Source: Escherichia coli | Lineage (GTDB): Bacteria; Pseudomonadota; Gammaproteobacteria; Enterobacterales; Enterobacteriaceae | DNA: 64,000 nucleotides | Assembly: GCF_045037415.1 (NCBI RefSeq) | Contig: NZ_CP173438.1 | Direction: 5' to 3' (one strand) | In this document: piece after piece, positions 21,645-31,244 of the stretch | Position numbering within the stretch: position 1 is the first letter of the stretch | Layout of the letters: every line of letters starts with the position of its first letter | Position numbers and translations under genes: made by a program | Notes under the pieces: generated by a model | What the model was told of the DNA's origin: nothing | Seen by the model: the letters and a program-made list of their open reading frames with translations, nothing else | Databases searched by the model: none

Positions 21645-22455
21645 TTTGTTCTCCTTAATTATGTAAGGAGTATTTGATCATGTATAAGCAATAAAAAACA
21701 GCTTCAGGTAATGAGGAATATCTCAATTTTTAAACATAAAATGCGAATTATTTAGTACAAAAAAGCAGCGTTACGTGATCTTTCCCTGATATCTTAATCT
21801 GCACATAGCCATCTTAACGTTATGCCCCATACATTAGTAATGTAAATTAAGAATTCGGAATATATTAAATTCACTTCATAAATTAATATTGAGAATGATA
21901 TACACATTAATTATATTGAAGTAATGTTTTAAGAGTTGTAATGCCCATGGAACAGGACTAATTCCAGAAACTCCTGTTGGGCAATAGCGCGTTTATCACC
22001 CTACATGCCTCTTACATTTTTTAGCCTTTTCTGTAATGTCGGCAATTGGCTCATTTAATCAGCAATTGTATTGGTATTTGGCGTATTACCCCTGAAACCC
22101 ATCATGTGCTAGCCCCTCACTATTCATTGAGCCAACCACGCCAGTGTCCACTGCAACCACTGGCGTTCAGAGCGACGAACGAGTGGCGCAAGAGTAGGAC
22201 TGCAGTCAGGTATCATCAAACCAATAGTGGTTGTTTCCGTCATAATTTCATCAGGTTGCTATTTTGTCGCCAGCCGACTTTATCCCCACATATTTATAGC
22301 GGGATTATTTTGCATCGTTACATGATAAAAGGTAGGATTCTGCGCCGACAGTTATACCCATAAAGAATAATGGTGAATCTTGTCATCGCCAGGATGAATA
22401 AACATTGTTCATGGCAACTTATATGACTTTTTCATTAAAGCAATCAGGGAGAGCA

Positions 22456-23955
22456 ATGAGTAAACACAACACCGACACTTCAGATCAACACGCCGCGAAA
22501 CGCCGCTGGCTTAATGCCCACGAAGAGGGGTATCACAAAGCGATGGGCAATCGCCAGGTACAGATGATCGCCATTGGCGGCGCGATTGGTACGGGTTTGT
22601 TTTTAGGCGCGGGGGCGCGACTGCAAATGGCGGGGCCCGCACTGGCACTGGTCTATTTGATCTGCGGCCTGTTTTCGTTTTTTATTTTGCGTGCATTGGG
22701 TGAGCTGGTGTTACACCGCCCTTCCAGTGGCAGTTTTGTCTCTTATGCCCGTGAGTTTTTGGGTGAGAAGGCCGCTTATGTTGCTGGCTGGATGTACTTC
22801 ATCAACTGGGCGATGACGGGGATTGTTGATATTACCGCCGTCGCTCTGTATATGCATTACTGGGGCGCGTTTGGCGGCGTGCCGCAGTGGGTCTTTGCGC
22901 TCGCTGCACTGACCATCGTTGGCACCATGAATATGATCGGTGTGAAATGGTTTGCGGAGATGGAGTTCTGGTTTGCGCTTATTAAAGTGCTCGCCATTGT
23001 AACCTTTTTGGTCGTGGGTACAGTGTTCCTCGGTAGCGGTCAGCCGCTGGATGGCAACACCACTGGCTTTCATTTAATCACCGATAATGGCGGCTTCTTC
23101 CCCCACGGTTTGCTGCCTGCGCTGGTGTTGATTCAGGGCGTAGTGTTTGCTTTTGCCTCCATTGAAATGGTGGGTACAGCGGCCGGAGAATGTAAAGATC
23201 CGCAGACCATGGTACCTAAAGCGATTAACAGTGTGATTTGGCGTATTGGTCTGTTTTACGTCGGCTCCGTGGTGTTGCTGGTTATGTTATTGCCGTGGAG
23301 CGCATATCAGGCGGGGCAAAGTCCGTTCGTGACGTTTTTCTCTAAACTGGGTGTGCCATATATAGGCAGCATTATGAACATTGTGGTGCTGACCGCTGCC
23401 CTCTCCAGCCTGAATTCAGGTCTGTACTGCACCGGGCGTATTCTGCGCTCGATGGCGATGGGCGGTTCCGCACCGAGTTTTATGGCGAAAATGAGTCGTC
23501 AGCATGTGCCGTATGCCGGGATTCTGGCGACACTGGTTGTGTATGTCGTCGGCGTATTCCTCAACTATCTGGTGCCGTCACGCGTATTTGAGATTGTGTT
23601 GAACTTCGCGTCGCTGGGAATCATCGCTTCATGGGCGTTTATCATCGTTTGCCAGATGCGCCTGCGTAAAGCGATTAAAGAAGGCAAAGCAGCGGATGTC
23701 AGTTTTAAACTGCCTGGCGCGCCCTTCACTTCCTGGCTGACATTACTGTTTTTACTGAGTGTCCTGGTGCTGATGGCGTTCGATTACCCGAACGGGACTT
23801 ATACCATCGCGGCGCTGCCGATTATCGGTATTCTGCTGGTTATAGGCTGGTTTGGTGTGCGCAAACGCGTTGCTGAAATTCACAGCACTGCGCCAGTCGT
23901 CGAGGAAGATGAAGAAAAACAGGACATTGTGTTTAAGCCTGAAACGGCGAGTTAA
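22456..23955 (+). CDS. ansP: L-asparagine permease, APC family (499 aa)
   Basis: ORF 22405..23955 trimmed to ATG 22456 (MSKHNTDTSDQHAAKRRW) with gggagag SD. Confidence 0.88.
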   Translation: MSKHNTDTSDQHAAKRRWLNAHEEGYHKAMGNRQVQMIAIGGAIGTGLFLGAGARLQMAGPALALVYLICGLFSFFILRALGELVLHRPSSGSFVSYAREFLGEKAAYVAGWMYFINWAMTGIVDITAVALYMHYWGAFGGVPQWVFALAALTIVGTMNMIGVKWFAEMEFWFALIKVLAIVTFLVVGTVFLGSGQPLDGNTTGFHLITDNGGFFPHGLLPALVLIQGVVFAFASIEMVGTAAGECKDPQTMVPKAINSVIWRIGLFYVGSVVLLVMLLPWSAYQAGQSPFVTFFSKLGVPYIGSIMNIVVLTAALSSLNSGLYCTGRILRSMAMGGSAPSFMAKMSRQHVPYAGILATLVVYVVGVFLNYLVPSRVFEIVLNFASLGIIASWAFIIVCQMRLRKAIKEGKAADVSFKLPGAPFTSWLTLLFLLSVLVLMAFDYPNGTYTIAALPIIGILLVIGWFGVRKRVAEIHSTAPVVEEDEEKQDIVFKPETAS

Positions 23956-23960
23956 TTGCA

Positions 23961-23989
23961 AAATTGCCCGGCTACGTGCCGGGCAAATT
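23961..23989. terminator. Hairpin between convergent ansP and yncE (likely bidirectional terminator)
   Basis: 9-bp stem ttgcccggc/gccgggcaa with 5-nt loop; U-run follows on the minus strand. Confidence 0.5.
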
Positions 23990-24067
23990 CAGACTACTGA
24001 CGAAGGTGCCGGATGCGGCGTGATAAAAGTCAGGCAATTCTTTCCGTTTTCACCCTCGCCATATCTA

Positions 24068-25129
24068 TTACAGCGCAATACGAATCACATCGTCCGGCTG
24101 GGTAGCTTCCTGCTGTTTAGTGGATTTTTGTTTCACACTGACATACAGCGTTTTGCCATCGGCAGACAGCGCCAGACTGTTCGGATGAGTCGGCGTATCG
24201 AACGTTTTCACCACTTTATAGCTTTTCGCGTCAATCACACTGACTTTACCTGCCTGACGATGCGTCACGTAGGCTTCATTACGCGCTGGGTTAAACAGCA
24301 CAGCCAGTGATTCCGGTGCCGCAACCTTCGCCAGAATATTGCCATTACGGGTATCGACCACTAACACTTCTGCCGCTTTAGAATCGGTGATAAATGCACG
24401 CTGATTGGTGGTATCAAGGCTGATGTTGATAAAGAAGTGCTCTTTGCCGTCATCCAGCAGCTTTTTACGGCTGAGGATTTTATTGTCGGTGGTGTCGATG
24501 GTAATCAATTCGCCGTCAGCGTTAGTGGTGTAAAGACGTTTGCCTTTGCTATCCAGCGCCAGACCGGTACTCATTTTACCGGTGTTCTGGATGGCGGTTT
24601 TCAGTTTGATATTCTCGCCATCAACGACCCAAATCACGCTCTCTTTACCAATACCACTGATGTAAACGGTGTTCGTGGTATCGTCAGCTACCAGCTCACG
24701 TGGTTGCAACGGGCGTACCTCTTCCGTGCGCTTACGATCATCCAGCACCAGACGTCCTTTCACTTCGCCCGTTTTGGCATCTATCGCCGTGACCGCACTA
24801 TTTACGGTGTTACCAAACCACAACGTCTGAGTCGTGTTATTGATGGTGGCACCAAACGGCTTGAGATCGTTATGGATCGCCTGCGTCACTTCCAGAGTAA
24901 CCGGATCAAGACGATAAACCACGCCGCCTTTATCCAGTTTGCGGCTTTGCGAAGTGGCAATCCACAGCGCGTTTTCTTGCTGGCTATAAGCCATTTCGTA
25001 GGCACCTTTACCTACCGCTTTACGCAGCATTTCTTCTGCGGCCTGCGTACTGAATGATGAAGCAACGAGCAATGAACCTAACAGTAATGAACCACGCAGG
25101 CGCGATGAAAACAGATGACGTAAATGCAT
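24068..25129 (-). CDS. yncE: Secreted beta-propeller protein YncE (353 aa)
   Basis: ORF 24068..25129; N-terminal signal peptide; recognised as YncE. Confidence 0.88.
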   Translation of the reverse strand: MHLRHLFSSRLRGSLLLGSLLVASSFSTQAAEEMLRKAVGKGAYEMAYSQQENALWIATSQSRKLDKGGVVYRLDPVTLEVTQAIHNDLKPFGATINNTTQTLWFGNTVNSAVTAIDAKTGEVKGRLVLDDRKRTEEVRPLQPRELVADDTTNTVYISGIGKESVIWVVDGENIKLKTAIQNTGKMSTGLALDSKGKRLYTTNADGELITIDTTDNKILSRKKLLDDGKEHFFINISLDTTNQRAFITDSKAAEVLVVDTRNGNILAKVAAPESLAVLFNPARNEAYVTHRQAGKVSVIDAKSYKVVKTFDTPTHPNSLALSADGKTLYVSVKQKSTKQQEATQPDDVIRIAL

Positions 25130-25213
25130 GACGACTCCCTTTGATGAACCGATATTTTTGCTGCTTCACAATGCTTCGCTAAGCGTAATCATCGTTACGC
25201 CCTTGTTATAAAT

Positions 25214-25232
25214 GGGAATGGTAATCATTATT
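25214..25232. promoter_or_regulatory. Fur-box-like site in the yncE / yncD divergent promoter region
   Basis: gggaatggtaatcattatt matches 15 of 19 positions of GATAATGATAATCATTATC (core AATGGTAATCATTAT has one mismatch). Confidence 0.5.
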
Positions 25233-25370
25233 TTCTCAAATGTGGAGCATTTCTTACCGTTATGACTACAATTTTCTCAATTACTTAACGTATTGTGCCG
25301 TTTTGTTTTCCATAAATTTACAATTTTATTACCATGACGGTGTTTTCCCATTCTTAACCTGGCTTTTTTC

Positions 25371-27473
25371 ATGAAGATTTTTTCCGTCCGACAGACCGTT
25401 TTGCCCGCACTGCTTGTCCTTTCCCCCGTTGTTTTTGCCGCTGATGAACAGACCATGATTGTCAGTGCCGCACCGCAGGTGGTTTCAGAACTGGATACCC
25501 CAGCAGCCGTGAGCGTGGTGGATGGCGAGGAGATGCGCCTGGCAACACCGCGCATTAACTTGTCTGAATCACTGACCGGAGTGCCTGGTTTACAGGTACA
25601 AAACCGACAGAACTATGCGCAAGATTTACAGCTGTCGATTCGCGGATTTGGCTCCCGCTCCACTTACGGAATTCGCGGTATTCGCCTGTATGTGGACGGT
25701 ATTCCCGCTACCATGCCCGACGGACAAGGGCAGACATCTAACATCGATTTAAGCAGTGTGCAAAATGTGGAAGTGCTGCGTGGCCCCTTCTCTGCTCTGT
25801 ATGGCAACGCGTCTGGCGGTGTAATGAATGTCACCACCCAGACCGGACAACAGCCACCAACCATTGAAGCCAGTAGTTACTACGGCAGTTTTGGCAGCTG
25901 GCGCTATGGGCTGAAAGCAACGGGCGCAACGGGCGACGGCACACAACCCGGCGATGTCGATTACACCGTCGCAACCACACGTTTTACGACCCACGGCTAT
26001 CGTGACCATAGTGGCGCACAGAAAAATTTAGCCAATGCCAAACTGGGCGTACGCATTGATGACGCCAGCAAATTAAGCCTGATTTTCAATAGTGTGGATA
26101 TCAAAGCAGATGACCCAGGTGGGCTAACCGAAGCAGAATGGAAGGCGAATCCACAACAAGCGCCTCGTGCAGAACAGTACGACATGCGAAAAACCATCAA
26201 GCAAACTCAGGCTGGGTTGCGCTATGAGCGTAGCCTGAGCGCACAAGATGATATGAGTGTGATGATGTATGCCGGAGAGCGAGAAACGACCCAGTACCAG
26301 TCAATCCCCATGGCCCCGCAACTTAACCCGTCACATGCGGGCGGCGTGATTACCCTGCAACGCCATTACCAGGGGATAGACAGCCGCTGGACACACCGTG
26401 GTGAACTGGGCGTTCCAGTCACGTTCACAACCGGCCTGAACTACGAAAACATGAGTGAAAACCGCAAGGGTTACAATAACTTCCGCCTGAATCGCGGCGT
26501 GCCGGAATACGGGCAAAAAGGTGAGTTGCGCCGCGACGAACGCAATTTGATGTGGAACGTCGATCCCTATTTACAAACCCAGTGGCAACTGACCGACAAA
26601 CTTTCGCTGGATGCTGGCGTGCGCTACAGCTCCGTGTGGTTTGATTCCAACGATCATTACGTTACTCCGGGTAACGGCGATGACAGCGGTGATGCCAGTT
26701 ATCACAAATGGCTACCTGCCGGATCGTTAAAATATGCAATGACCGATGCCTGGAATGTCTATCTGGCAGCCGGGCGCGGTTTTGAAACGCCGACGATTAA
26801 TGAACTGTCTTATCGCGCTGATGGACAAAGCGGTATGAACTTTGGTTTAAAACCCTCCACCAACGATACAATTGAGATCGGCAGTAAAACGCGTATTGGT
26901 GATGGACTGCTTAGTCTCGCATTGTTCCAGACCGACACCGATGATGAAATTGTTGTCGATAGCAGTAGCGGTGGGCGTACGACTTACAAAAATGCCGGAA
27001 AGACCCGTCGTCAAGGCGCTGAACTGGCATGGGATCAACGTTTCGCGGGAGATTTTCGCGTAAAAGCGTCCTGGACCTGGCTTGATGCGACCTATCGCAG
27101 CAATGTCTGCAATGAACAGGATTGTAACGGTAACCGGATGCCAGGGATCGCCCGTAATATGGGCTTTGCGTCGATAGGTTATATACCGGAAGATGGTTGG
27201 TATGCAGGCACGGAAGCGCGTTATATGGGCGATATTATGGCAGATGATGAAAATACGGCCAAAGCGCCTTCTTATACACTCGTCGGCTTATTCACCGGGT
27301 ATAAATACAATTACCACAATTTAACCGTGGATTTATTTGGTCGTGTCGATAATTTATTCGATAAAGAATACGTTGGTTCTGTCATTGTCAATGAGTCAAA
27401 CGGGCGATATTACGAACCTGCGCCCGGACGAAATTATGGTGTCGGCATAAATATTGCGTGGCGATTTGAGTAA
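25371..27473 (+). CDS. yncD: TonB-dependent outer membrane receptor (700 aa)
   Basis: ORF 25371..27473; signal peptide, TonB-box-like N-terminus, C-terminal ...INIAWRFE ending in aromatic residue. Confidence 0.88.
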   Translation: MKIFSVRQTVLPALLVLSPVVFAADEQTMIVSAAPQVVSELDTPAAVSVVDGEEMRLATPRINLSESLTGVPGLQVQNRQNYAQDLQLSIRGFGSRSTYGIRGIRLYVDGIPATMPDGQGQTSNIDLSSVQNVEVLRGPFSALYGNASGGVMNVTTQTGQQPPTIEASSYYGSFGSWRYGLKATGATGDGTQPGDVDYTVATTRFTTHGYRDHSGAQKNLANAKLGVRIDDASKLSLIFNSVDIKADDPGGLTEAEWKANPQQAPRAEQYDMRKTIKQTQAGLRYERSLSAQDDMSVMMYAGERETTQYQSIPMAPQLNPSHAGGVITLQRHYQGIDSRWTHRGELGVPVTFTTGLNYENMSENRKGYNNFRLNRGVPEYGQKGELRRDERNLMWNVDPYLQTQWQLTDKLSLDAGVRYSSVWFDSNDHYVTPGNGDDSGDASYHKWLPAGSLKYAMTDAWNVYLAAGRGFETPTINELSYRADGQSGMNFGLKPSTNDTIEIGSKTRIGDGLLSLALFQTDTDDEIVVDSSSGGRTTYKNAGKTRRQGAELAWDQRFAGDFRVKASWTWLDATYRSNVCNEQDCNGNRMPGIARNMGFASIGYIPEDGWYAGTEARYMGDIMADDENTAKAPSYTLVGLFTGYKYNYHNLTVDLFGRVDNLFDKEYVGSVIVNESNGRYYEPAPGRNYGVGINIAWRFE

Positions 27474-27483
27474 TTATCTTTAA

Positions 27484-27515
27484 GCCCGGTATTTGCCGGG
27501 CGTATTTTATTTATC
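27484..27515 (+). terminator. Intrinsic terminator after yncD
   Basis: stem gcccgg/ccgggc with 6-nt loop followed by gtattttatttatc. Confidence 0.6.
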
Positions 27516-27747
27516 GGCTGTATTGCTGGCACAACATAGCAACGTTTTTTTGCATAGTGAGGTTTTCGACAGCCAGAGCAACTGCCATTAACTCCAGTTC
27601 GTAGCGGATCCGATTGATTTCATTTAATTGACGTTTTCCCACTTCCGGAACTGTAAATGCTTGCGCTGGTGCGACAAAGAGCGCATTTACCGAAACCAGA
27701 CGTAAGGAACCGGCGCGCCATGCGGACGCGAGGACAGAACCCAACAT
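27511..27747 (-). pseudogene. Short ORF (78 aa), possible remnant of a transcriptional regulator (mcbR-like) gene
   Basis: ORF 27511..27747 with in-frame stop two codons upstream of its start; lies where K-12 (from memory) has curA and mcbR between yncA and yncD; assignment is inference. Confidence 0.3.
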
Positions 27748-27953
27748 CGGTTACGCTGCGTTTGTTGCCCCATAATGCTCTCCTGTGCTTTTGGCATGAA
27801 TCCATCAATAGTAGCAGGCTCACAGGATTGGTTTTGTTTGCAGCCGTCACATCCCCTCTGCAACACGCAATAATTTCATAGAGGAATCCGTTGCTTCGGG
27901 CTGTTTTCGATAGTATTGATAACATCATCATCATTATTTTATCGAGGCCAGAC

Positions 27954-28472
27954 ATGTCCATCCGTTTTGCCCGCAAAGCCGACTGTGCTGCAATTGCGGA
28001 AATTTATAACCACGCCGTGTTGTATACGGCGGCTATCTGGAATGACCAAACGGTGGATGCGGATAACCGCATTGCCTGGTTTGAAGCGCGGACCATAGCA
28101 GGTTATCCGGTGCTGGTGAGTGAAGAAGATGGCGTAGTGACGGGATATGCCTCGTTTGGCGACTGGCGTAGTTTTGATGGTTTTCGCCATACCGTGGAAC
28201 ATTCGGTTTATGTCCATCCCGATCATCAGGGGAAAGGTCTGGGGCGTAAATTGTTAAGCCGATTAATTGATGAAGCGCGGGATTGCGGGAAGCATGTCAT
28301 GGTCGCCGGGATCGAATCGCAAAATCAGGCCTCGCTGCATCTGCACCAGTCGCTGGGATTTGTCGTCACCGCGCAAATGCCGCAGGTAGGCACTAAATTT
28401 GGGCGCTGGCTGGATCTGACATTTATGCAGTTGCAACTCGACGAGCGCACTGAACCGGACGCGATTGGATGA
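27954..28472 (+). CDS. mnaT: GNAT-family L-amino acid N-acyltransferase (172 aa)
   Basis: ORF 27891..28472 trimmed to ATG 27954 (MSIRFARKADCAAIAEIYNH); GNAT motif QGKGLGRKLL. Confidence 0.85.
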   Translation: MSIRFARKADCAAIAEIYNHAVLYTAAIWNDQTVDADNRIAWFEARTIAGYPVLVSEEDGVVTGYASFGDWRSFDGFRHTVEHSVYVHPDHQGKGLGRKLLSRLIDEARDCGKHVMVAGIESQNQASLHLHQSLGFVVTAQMPQVGTKFGRWLDLTFMQLQLDERTEPDAIG

Positions 28473-28918
28473 ATCAGTCACTTACCCTTGCCTTTTTGAT
28501 TGCAGCCGGGATTGGTCTGGTAGTCCAGAACACGCTGATGGTGCGCATCACCCAGACCTCCTCTACCATTCTCATCGCCATGTTGCTGAACTCACTGGTG
28601 GGGATTGTGCTCTTTGTTTCTATTTTATGGTTTAAACAAGGCATGGCGGGGTTTGGCGAACTGGTGTCCAGCGTGCGCTGGTGGACACTTATACCTGGCT
28701 TGCTGGGATCGTTTTTTGTCTTCGCCAGTATCAGCGGATATCAGAATGTGGGAGCGGCGACAACTATTGCAGTACTGGTCGCCAGCCAGCTGATTGGCGG
28801 TCTGGTGCTGGATATCTTCCGCAGCCATGGCGTACCACTTCGGGCGTTGATCGGCCCAATTTGTGGCGCAATTTTACTTGTGGTTGGCGCCTGGCTGGTG
28901 GCCAGACGCTCATTTTAA
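28469..28918 (+). CDS. ydcZ: Inner membrane protein, DMT superfamily (149 aa)
   Basis: ORF 28469..28918; hydrophobic, four predicted TM segments. Confidence 0.82.
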   Translation: MNQSLTLAFLIAAGIGLVVQNTLMVRITQTSSTILIAMLLNSLVGIVLFVSILWFKQGMAGFGELVSSVRWWTLIPGLLGSFFVFASISGYQNVGAATTIAVLVASQLIGGLVLDIFRSHGVPLRALIGPICGAILLVVGAWLVARRSF

Positions 28919-29152
28919 TCAGAGGATGGTACCGCCTTTGGTTAACTGTTCGTGGCGCGCTTCCATATCTTCTTTATGTTTGCGACCGTGATGAGCAATA
29001 GCGGTGCGCAAACGCTGCTGCAGGGTGTAGCGATCTTCCCGACTTAACTCCGCGTCATCGCTCAGGGCGATTAATAATTCGTTCATATGGGCAATGACGC
29101 TCTCTTCAATCGCGGCATCCACGCGCGCGATGACTTCATCCAGATGCGACAT
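28919..29152 (-). CDS. ydcY: Small conserved protein YdcY (77 aa)
   Basis: ORF 28919..29152. Confidence 0.78.
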   Translation of the reverse strand: MSHLDEVIARVDAAIEESVIAHMNELLIALSDDAELSREDRYTLQQRLRTAIAHHGRKHKEDMEARHEQLTKGGTIL

Positions 29153-29237
29153 ACTTTCTCCTTAGCCACTTGTGAAATTTATCGATTCATCCAAATGATA
29201 TAAGTCTGCGTGGTGCCGTCAAGCCAGTGCATAAGAT

Positions 29238-29411
29238 TTAAAACAGAGAAAACAACAGCGCCACCGGGAAACTCATCGGCCATGTTGCCCCCACCAGAAA
29301 GGCGCTTAAGAGACGGATGCGTTTCTTATCATGAGAAAGAAACCAGGTGATAAGAAATGCGATTGCTGCCATAACCGCATAGAAAACAAGCATGTGTTGA
29401 TAGAGAGACAT
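29238..29411 (-). CDS. ortT: Orphan membrane toxin OrtT (57 aa)
   Basis: ORF 29238..29459 trimmed to MSLYQHMLVFYAVMAAIAFLITWFLSHDKKRIRLLSAFLVGATWPMSFPVALLFSLF; single-TM small toxin. Confidence 0.78.
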   Translation of the reverse strand: MSLYQHMLVFYAVMAAIAFLITWFLSHDKKRIRLLSAFLVGATWPMSFPVALLFSLF

Positions 29412-29606
29412 GTACGGGCGTCCAGCCAGATGAATAAAACGCGCGCAAATATGCGTCATTTTTTGACGTGCATCAAGTTTTTTTCACCAGTTTGAGAAAA
29501 AATCATCAAACAGCAACTTGCCCTTATCCATCTTCAGAATGAGTATTATTGCGGATTTTCTTAACCCGTACTATACACATAGGGGCAATGATAAAAGGTG
29601 GCAAAA

Positions 29607-29702
29607 ATGAATGTTTCCAGTAGAACTGTAGTACTGATAAATGTCTTTGCTGCTGTTGGTTTGTTTACTCTTATCTCTATGAGATTTGGCTGGTTTATTT
29701 GA
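29607..29702 (+). CDS. yncL: Small membrane protein YncL (31 aa), not in ORF track (under 60 aa)
   Basis: ATG 29607 preceded by aaggtgg SD; translation MNVSSRTVVLINVFAAVGLFTLISMRFGWFI*. Confidence 0.7.
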   Translation: MNVSSRTVVLINVFAAVGLFTLISMRFGWFI

Positions 29703-29724
29703 TGTAGTGATTTTGCACGCAGCA

Positions 29725-29759
29725 CGTACTGTCAGAGAAATCAGTGCTCTGACAGTACG
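29725..29759. terminator. Perfect 13-bp inverted-repeat hairpin between convergent yncL and patD
   Basis: cgtactgtcagag-aaatcagtg-ctctgacagtacg; no strong U tract on either side, so function as terminator is tentative. Confidence 0.4.
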
Positions 29760-29798
29760 CAAGATCATCTCATACTCTTACGATCTGCAATATTATCC

Positions 29799-31223
29799 TT
29801 AATGTTTAACCATGACGTGGCGGACGACGGTGTAATCCTCCAGCCCATAAAGTGACATATCCTTGCCGTAACCAGAAAGTTTCTGCCCACCGTGCGGCAT
29901 TTCACTTACCAGCATGAAATGGGTATTGACCCAGGTACAACCATATTGCAGCCGCGCGCTGACGCGATGCGCCCTGCCCACATCTTTCGTCCATACCGAA
30001 GATGCAAGTCCGTACTGACTGTCATTCGCCCAGTTCACCACCTGTTCTTCGCTGTCGAAGAGCGTAACACTCACTACCGGACCAAATACCTCTTTTTGCA
30101 CGATGGCATCATCCTGTAATGCGCCAGCCAGCAGCGTCGGCGCATAGTAATAGCCATTACCCTTGCGCTTTTCACCGCCAGTGATCACTTTGATGTGCCC
30201 TGTCGCTTTCGCCTCTTCTACCGCCTTGCTGACGCGTTCGAGATGCGCCAGCGAGCTTAAAGGTCCAAGCTCCGTAGACTCGTCATCCGGCGAACCCGAT
30301 TTTAACGTTGCCACCGCAGCACCGAGTTTTTCCACCAGCGTATCGTAAATGCCTTTTTGCGCGTAGATCCGACAAGCCGCAGTACAATCCTGTCCGGCAT
30401 TGTAATAGCCAAAAGTACGTACACCTTCGACCACAGCTTCAATATCCGCATCATCAAAAACAATCACTGGCGCTTTGCCACCAAGTTCCATATGAGTACG
30501 CTTAATGGACGGCGCGGTATGGCTGATGATGTGTTCCCCAGTGGCGATAGAACCCGTCAGCGACACCATCCGCACTTTGGGATGTCCGGTCAGCGGATCG
30601 CCCACCGTTTTGCCTCTGCCAAACAGCACGTTAATCACGCCAGCCGGGAAGATATCTTTCGCCAGCTCTGCCAACTTCAACGCGGTCAGCGGGGTAATTT
30701 CTGATGGTTTAAGCACTACGCAGTTCCCTGCCGCCAGCGCCGGAGCCAGTTTCCACGCAGCCATCATCAGCGGATAATTCCACGGTGCGATAGAAGCCAC
30801 GACCCCCAACGGATCGCGACGGATCATCGAAGTATGACCTTCAAGATATTCACCTGCCGCCAGACCATTCAGGCAGCGCGCCGCACCGGCGAAAAAGCGA
30901 AAGACATCGACAATCGCCGGAATTTCATCATTGAACGCACTATGCAGCGGTTTGCCACAATTACGGGACTCCAGTTCGGCAAAAACCTGACCATTTTCTT
31001 CGATAACATCAGCCAGTTTCAGCAGGCATTCCGCACGCGCTTTTGGCGTGGTTTGCCCCCATTCGGCAAATGCTGCATCTGCCGCGCGCACAGCAGCATT
31101 GACCTGCTCTGCGGATGCCTCGGCAATCTCCAGTAAAACGTCCCCCGTTGCCGGATTATAGACAGGCTGTTTTTCCCCTTCGCCGCTAACCAGTTCTCCG
31201 TTAATCAGTAACTTATGTTGCAT
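29799..31223 (-). CDS. patD: Gamma-aminobutyraldehyde dehydrogenase (474 aa)
   Basis: ORF 29799..31223; aldehyde dehydrogenase catalytic motifs (ELGGKAP, GQDCTAA). Confidence 0.92.
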   Translation of the reverse strand: MQHKLLINGELVSGEGEKQPVYNPATGDVLLEIAEASAEQVNAAVRAADAAFAEWGQTTPKARAECLLKLADVIEENGQVFAELESRNCGKPLHSAFNDEIPAIVDVFRFFAGAARCLNGLAAGEYLEGHTSMIRRDPLGVVASIAPWNYPLMMAAWKLAPALAAGNCVVLKPSEITPLTALKLAELAKDIFPAGVINVLFGRGKTVGDPLTGHPKVRMVSLTGSIATGEHIISHTAPSIKRTHMELGGKAPVIVFDDADIEAVVEGVRTFGYYNAGQDCTAACRIYAQKGIYDTLVEKLGAAVATLKSGSPDDESTELGPLSSLAHLERVSKAVEEAKATGHIKVITGGEKRKGNGYYYAPTLLAGALQDDAIVQKEVFGPVVSVTLFDSEEQVVNWANDSQYGLASSVWTKDVGRAHRVSARLQYGCTWVNTHFMLVSEMPHGGQKLSGYGKDMSLYGLEDYTVVRHVMVKH

Positions 31224-31244
31224 AGCATATTCCTGTATCAGTGG

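Noticed and set aside
22046-22363. 105-aa ORF in the AT-rich segment upstream of ansP
   Set aside because: TTG start without SD and an implausible Cys/His/Arg/Trp-rich composition; probably non-coding.
27620-27976. 118-aa minus-strand ORF overlapping the yncA start region
   Set aside because: Overlaps the yncA 5' end and promoter, has odd composition and no RBS; the overlapping 78-aa frame is the more plausible remnant.
29571-29768. 65-aa minus-strand ORF from the track
   Set aside because: It is the antisense shadow of the well-supported 31-aa yncL gene (strong SD, known small protein) and the inverted repeat.
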